A stretch of 63,810 bases of DNA, the filler included. It is 6 parts of 6 records of this genome, joined end to end, with 100 filler letters (N's around TTAATTAATTAA, not from the genome) between each part and the next. Parts side by side here need not be neighbours in the genome. Positions count along the whole stretch, not along the records: positions 53,632 to 63,810 come from SRR31156797_6811; 5 more parts are not named here. One strand, 5' to 3'. Below, in pieces: positions 59,528-63,810 of the stretch. The notes below the pieces were generated by a model. That model searched no databases. It worked only from the letters and a program-made list of their open reading frames with translations, and had not been told where the DNA came from. The number at the start of each line of letters is the position of its first letter. Position 1 is the stretch's first letter. The translations under genes were made by a program, and so were the position numbers.

Positions 59528-60064
59528 CTACTCCAGGGCCATCCAAAGCCTTAGTCCAATATTGTCATTTCCCTGGGCCCTTTGTATCTTGATGCGTTCA
59601 GTATGCTCCAAATATGAGAGTCGGCTCAGATTTATCAAAAATTTTCTTAAATCGAAAAAGTCGCCGTTAACGGATACATCCACCAACAGGAGACCGCTGC
59701 CCCTGTTCAAGGAATTAACCTGGGGCAGAACCGTGTCAAATTGCAGGTTGCTCTCATCCGCCATCAATGTGAAGATCTCGGAAAGTCTGCCCAAATCCTC
59801 TCTGCGCAGCTTCTCCAGTTTCGGGAACGGCAGTCCCTCCGGCTCCTCAAACTGCGCCTTTTTATAAAGGCTCATATATATAGGATGCAGAATCTTCTGT
59901 TTGTCTATTTCCGCCGATATCCTGGCGATCCGGTTTTGCTGCTTTTCCATGGCCCGATATTGCGGCCAGAGCCCGAATAGAACCAGCAGGACGATCGCAG
60001 CCACAAATATGATGGTGATGATGGTAATTGTCGCCAGTCCGCCTTTTCCTGTTTTAGCTGCCAT
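59528..60064 (-). CDS. PilO/GspM-like protein
   Basis: TM, coiled coil, V.V.GDFFDLRKFL..L ferredoxin-like motif; ATG at 60064. Confidence 0.7.
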   Translation of the reverse strand: MAAKTGKGGLATITIITIIFVAAIVLLVLFGLWPQYRAMEKQQNRIARISAEIDKQKILHPIYMSLYKKAQFEEPEGLPFPKLEKLRREDLGRLSEIFTLMADESNLQFDTVLPQVNSLNRGSGLLLVDVSVNGDFFDLRKFLINLSRLSYLEHTERIKIQRAQGNDNIGLRLWMALE

Positions 60065-60074
60065 ATCCGAGCCC

Positions 60075-61973
60075 CTACATAACTTCCAGTTCAGCGGAAA
60101 AGAGCAGAACTTCCCTGCCCTCGAACACCCTGATCGATTGTTCCTTAATACTGGGTTGACCAAATAGAGGGGACATCTGCAGACTTAATAAATATTGAGC
60201 CAGTGCAGGTTCGATCTTATTCCTGTCTCCCACCACGATTCCCTCAATCTCCAGTTTCTTATCAACCTTCTTTTCTTCCGCTTTCTTTTTATTCTTTTCG
60301 GCCTGTTTGGCTTCCCGGGAAGGTTCCCCAAGTTCAGCCTTAATGCTTGTCAGCCTTACATGGGCCGGCGTCATACCCGCGAGTTCGCTTATTATCGCCA
60401 TCCCCTGGTATTTTCGGCCGTATTTGTCCATTGTAGCTTCATTACGCTTCAGGATGCCCAATAGCTGAGTAATAAGATCCCGGTTGACATTTGGCACAAA
60501 CTTGTCAAGCTTTTCCTGCAGTTTGTCCGCTTCCGCCGTTTTATTCGCCAGGGAACGGCCCTGCCAGAGGAAAACTCCTCCTAATACCAGAAAAATAATC
60601 AGAAAGACCGAAAACAGTCCGGCCTGCATCCGGCGCACGTTGTCCGCGGCCTGCTTGTCTTTATATGTGTAATTGAAATTAGGAGTGTATGTATTGTCCG
60701 ATAACGCCATTCCCAAAGCAGGCGCATACGTAACTCTCTCGGCCACAGACCTGGGACTGGGCGTGCCGCGAGGCGCCGTAAAAGGAGCTCCCATTCCGAA
60801 CGGATCGACCGTTTCCACCTGAACGCCAAGTTGTCCGGCGATATAATCGAGAATCCTTCTGTTGCTGCTTACCTGGCCGGTAGAATATATAATCCCAACC
60901 GGTTCGCCCTTTAACTTCTGATAATAGTGCTCCAGCGTTCGCTCTATCTGTCTTACCAAACGGTCGAGAGCCGGCTGCAGCATATTAAAAACTTCGTCCT
61001 CGGTCAGTCCGTATCTCTGTAAAGCGTCGGTCTCTATGGAATCATCCACCAGGTCGAAAAATATATCGCCCGCCTCTTCCATACCGATCGGCCCCTTTTC
61101 TTCCTTGGCAGGCACCTTCTCGGAATCCTCGTCAGCCAACTCGATCGTTATTTCTATCTCGCCTTTTTCAGCGTCTATCTTTTCGTTAAAGCCGTCCCTG
61201 ACCCCCTCGATCATACTGTTCATACCGGCCTTGATGCCCCGGGACAACAAGAGATTGCCGCCGGTAAAGACATCGATCCGGGACCAGTTTCGCCCCACAT
61301 AAAGGTTGCAGACGTCGCCTTTTTTATCGTCTATCCATTTCGTGCGGAAAAGATTCTGAAAAGCAAAGGGAACGGCAGTAATGCCTGTCAGGGAATAACC
61401 CGTTTTGGAAACCAGGTTCTTGAGCTCGCGAACATCCTGGATAGGAGCGGAATAAGCCAGAACCTCCGTCTTTTTTATTCCTTCTTCTATCGTATCCCCT
61501 ATTATGTCAAAATCAAATATGGCTTCCTGTTCGTTAAACGGGTTTTCCTTTTTATATGTCCAATAAACCGCATTGGCCACTTGCCTTTTCGGCAAACGCG
61601 GAATACGCAGGTAACGCATCTCAACGCCCGCGGTCGGAATAACCGCCCATAATTCAGTGTCTTTTCGGCAAAAACCGCTCAAAGCCGTCTTTAGAAATTG
61701 AGGAAACTTGGCGCTGTCCCGCGTCACATCATGCGGGAAAGAAATCGTTTGAAAATCAAGCAGTTGACGCTTCTTATTTATCTTCGCCAGTCTGATGCTG
61801 TCGTAACCGATATCCAGGCCGACCGTACCGGCCCGCCTCATGGATGGAGACTTTACCTTAACAGGACCCTTCTGCTTCGCTGGAGTCCGTTCCGGAGCCT
61901 CCATATCCGCATCGCCGTCGCGAATGACATTTAACAACTTCTCAGTAGATGAGATATCGTCGTATCCGGCCAA
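60075..61973 (-). CDS. PilM-PilN fusion (GspL-like architecture)
   Basis: Actin-like PilM motifs (VGLDIGYDSIRL, QIERTLEHY, ALGMAL) continue in frame through PNF, a TM, a coiled coil and the PilN-type TP..VRLTSI...IEG...L..SPLF; TTG start with GGAG RBS. Confidence 0.8.
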   Translation of the reverse strand: MAGYDDISSTEKLLNVIRDGDADMEAPERTPAKQKGPVKVKSPSMRRAGTVGLDIGYDSIRLAKINKKRQLLDFQTISFPHDVTRDSAKFPQFLKTALSGFCRKDTELWAVIPTAGVEMRYLRIPRLPKRQVANAVYWTYKKENPFNEQEAIFDFDIIGDTIEEGIKKTEVLAYSAPIQDVRELKNLVSKTGYSLTGITAVPFAFQNLFRTKWIDDKKGDVCNLYVGRNWSRIDVFTGGNLLLSRGIKAGMNSMIEGVRDGFNEKIDAEKGEIEITIELADEDSEKVPAKEEKGPIGMEEAGDIFFDLVDDSIETDALQRYGLTEDEVFNMLQPALDRLVRQIERTLEHYYQKLKGEPVGIIYSTGQVSSNRRILDYIAGQLGVQVETVDPFGMGAPFTAPRGTPSPRSVAERVTYAPALGMALSDNTYTPNFNYTYKDKQAADNVRRMQAGLFSVFLIIFLVLGGVFLWQGRSLANKTAEADKLQEKLDKFVPNVNRDLITQLLGILKRNEATMDKYGRKYQGMAIISELAGMTPAHVRLTSIKAELGEPSREAKQAEKNKKKAEEKKVDKKLEIEGIVVGDRNKIEPALAQYLLSLQMSPLFGQPSIKEQSIRVFEGREVLLFSAELEVM

Positions 61974-63341
61974 AATACAACTCCGTTTTCTTAATTTTTT
62001 TTAATCCCCAGTTGCCTAATAACACACCTAACTTATCATAATTCCATGATTAAAACAACAAGTATTTCATATTTGGGACATTTTGGCTTCATTCTTGTAA
62101 TCACAATTACACAAAAACAGCCTGCCGATTATTGAAAAGATTTATCAAAAAACATAAATCTTCCATCGTCAATAAATCGATTTAACAAAAACCCAATTTT
62201 ATTCACTATAATTGATCTGTTGTTTTTCATTTCATGGGAATCCGCATCCATGCGGCAACTTACAACTTATGCTACTTAAACTATTGATAATATATCGAAT
62301 AGTGTGATTGTTCATTAAATTATAAATATAATTTATTAAATCCGCGTTCATAATTACATCAGTCTTTAAAATGCGGATATCGATTGTATTTATTCGCAGC
62401 CAAACGGCTTGACGACCACATTCAACAGCTTATTTCCTGCCCATATTTGGTCTATTGACCTTTTATCTTGTTTGATTAGACGGCTGGTAATTGAAACCTG
62501 ATGCCGTCAAATCTTTCCCCATGAATCAGATATCTGCAACATCCTATACAAATATGCAGAAAAAAGTTTTATTAAAAAACTCAAACCCTTTCATGGTCAA
62601 ATATATTTTCATCCGGCGCGACGTTGGGAAGTGCAGTGGAAAATGAAATATTACCTTATTTTTTTTCCGGTAAGGAATTAGTCCTCCGCCGGAGAGCAGC
62701 CCCTGCTCATTTCCACTTAATCAGATCGGTTTTCGCATCAATACTCATCCCCAAAATTATTATTGGCCCCCGGCGGCTGACACCCGTGCCGGCTGATAAT
62801 CTTCAGGCGAAAACCAAATTGATCATCCTGCAATATTATTCATTTAATTATCTGGAATACCTCCTATTTTCCAGATAATCCCCGTTCCGGCCTCAAGTTC
62901 TCTCCTAAAGAACGAAGCCTGGCTCGGCGGCGGATGACATCCCAAGAATTTTGTGTATTTTATTTGTGACCTAATTCTATAGATGTAGCTTGGCTACTCT
63001 AAAGGACGCACTTCCGCCTCAATTCGATCAAGCCGAATTTACCCAAACTATCTCAAAAATAATCAGTTTGATATCTCGAAAGTCTTCAACGCAATCACCG
63101 CAAAGGTATTTTATATTTTTGGGTCTGCGTATCAAGTCTTTCCTTAACCACAAAAAGCGGAAGGATATCATGTTGTCTTTTTTGAGACGGTAAAAACTAT
63201 TCAGTTTTCATATTGGCGCGGTCAAGGTATCAATTGCCAAATATTCTTCAGCGATCTCAACCCGGTCACCGGCAAGCAACACTAGCAGACTTTACTTAAA
63301 TCCGCAATCAGGAATACCCTTAAATTTAACTTCTAAATGTA

Positions 63342-63810
63342 TTACCTCTGTTTAACAGCCACACAAGAATACCCGACCGCGAATTTCCCCCCTTTGTCAA
63401 TAATTTCGTCTATTTTATTGAAAGGCAGCACGCACAGCCATTTATTCATGAAAAAAGCTATTTCCCGTACAACAGGCAAGTGCCACAATAAGCATAGAAA
63501 AACGGTCGATAACTGGTGTCCCAGGAAACAAAAAAGACCTCCCTTGCTTTTGCATTCCAGGATTTCAAAACCATGTCGCGTCAATAAGCGCCTTAAGCCA
63601 TATTCTGTAAATCTGTAAAAATCATACGGCTCTTCATGCAACCGGCTGATATGAGGCACGGAGATGATAAGAATTCCGCCAGGCTTTATAATTCTCCTGA
63701 GTTCTGAAAGAGCTGCATCCGTATCCGGAACGTGCTCCAATACCTCAAGGCAGATGGCCGTGTCGTATACGTCATCCGGAATTATCGACATGTCCTGAAT
63801 GTCGCCTTCA
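63342..63810 (-). CDS. Class I SAM-dependent methyltransferase (type 11-like), 5'-truncated by the window end
   Basis: YDTAICLEVLEHVPD...L.E..R..KPGG.LIISVP, HEEPYDFYRFT; frame open to the window edge. Confidence 0.85.
   Translation of the reverse strand, partial: EGDIQDMSIIPDDVYDTAICLEVLEHVPDTDAALSELRRIIKPGGILIISVPHISRLHEEPYDFYRFTEYGLRRLLTRHGFEILECKSKGGLFCFLGHQLSTVFLCLLWHLPVVREIAFFMNKWLCVLPFNKIDEIIDKGGKFAVGYSCVAVKQR

Noticed and set aside
47379-61934. Numerous long overlapping antisense ORFs (e.g. 47924-48604, 49305-50147, 51246-51848, 53823-54638, 58451-58969)
   Set aside because: Shadows of well-supported genes in GC-richer DNA, with no motifs
1-63810. CRISPR arrays, tRNA and rRNA genes
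   Set aside because: No regularly spaced repeats, cloverleaf or rRNA signature seen by eye; not confirmed by a covariance-model search

Overview
This window is not one locus. It is six unrelated contigs joined by artificial 100-nt linkers (N44-TTAATTAATTAA-N44); the taxonomy below is inferred from protein character. (1) 1-16527, Bacteroidota-like: two paralogous sensor kinases, a receiver protein, a degenerate hybrid kinase, a serine hydrolase, a PorE-like OmpA protein and a T9SS-exported C25 (gingipain-like) protease. (2) 16628-21909, AT-rich and Arcobacter-like: lon 3' end, rhomboid, solute-binding protein, a missed Zn-ribbon microprotein, a REC-HD-GYP regulator and a haem-motif sensor kinase. 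(3) 22010-29142, Prolixibacteraceae-like: mfd 5' end, paralogous secreted helical proteins, ElaA, GntP and BamA/TamA. (4) 29243-47237, Bacteroidota: a ~16 kb defence island. An SspBCD-like DNA phosphorothioation operon converges on an operon of cysteine desulfurase (SspA/DndA-like) plus a PbeABCD-like module; a 2TM-protein/DEDDh-exonuclease pair and a Septu-like ATPase/HNH pair lie between them. (5) 47338-53531, Desulfobacterota-like: an aminotransferase preceded by an unannotated Ala/Val-rich leader peptide and tandem terminators, then queF, an M48 peptidase and a NifU-like/GGGtGRT/GNAT operon. (6) 53632-63810, Desulfobacterota-like: a type IV pilus/T2SS-type operon (PilM-PilN fusion, PilO, PilP-like, secretin, ExeA-like, PilB/GspE) and a partial methyltransferase. 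The two strongest candidates for novelty are the Ssp-Pbe hybrid phosphorothioate island and the putative alanine(/valine)-sensing attenuator. No rRNA, tRNA or CRISPR array was seen. All family calls come from motif recognition, not database searches.
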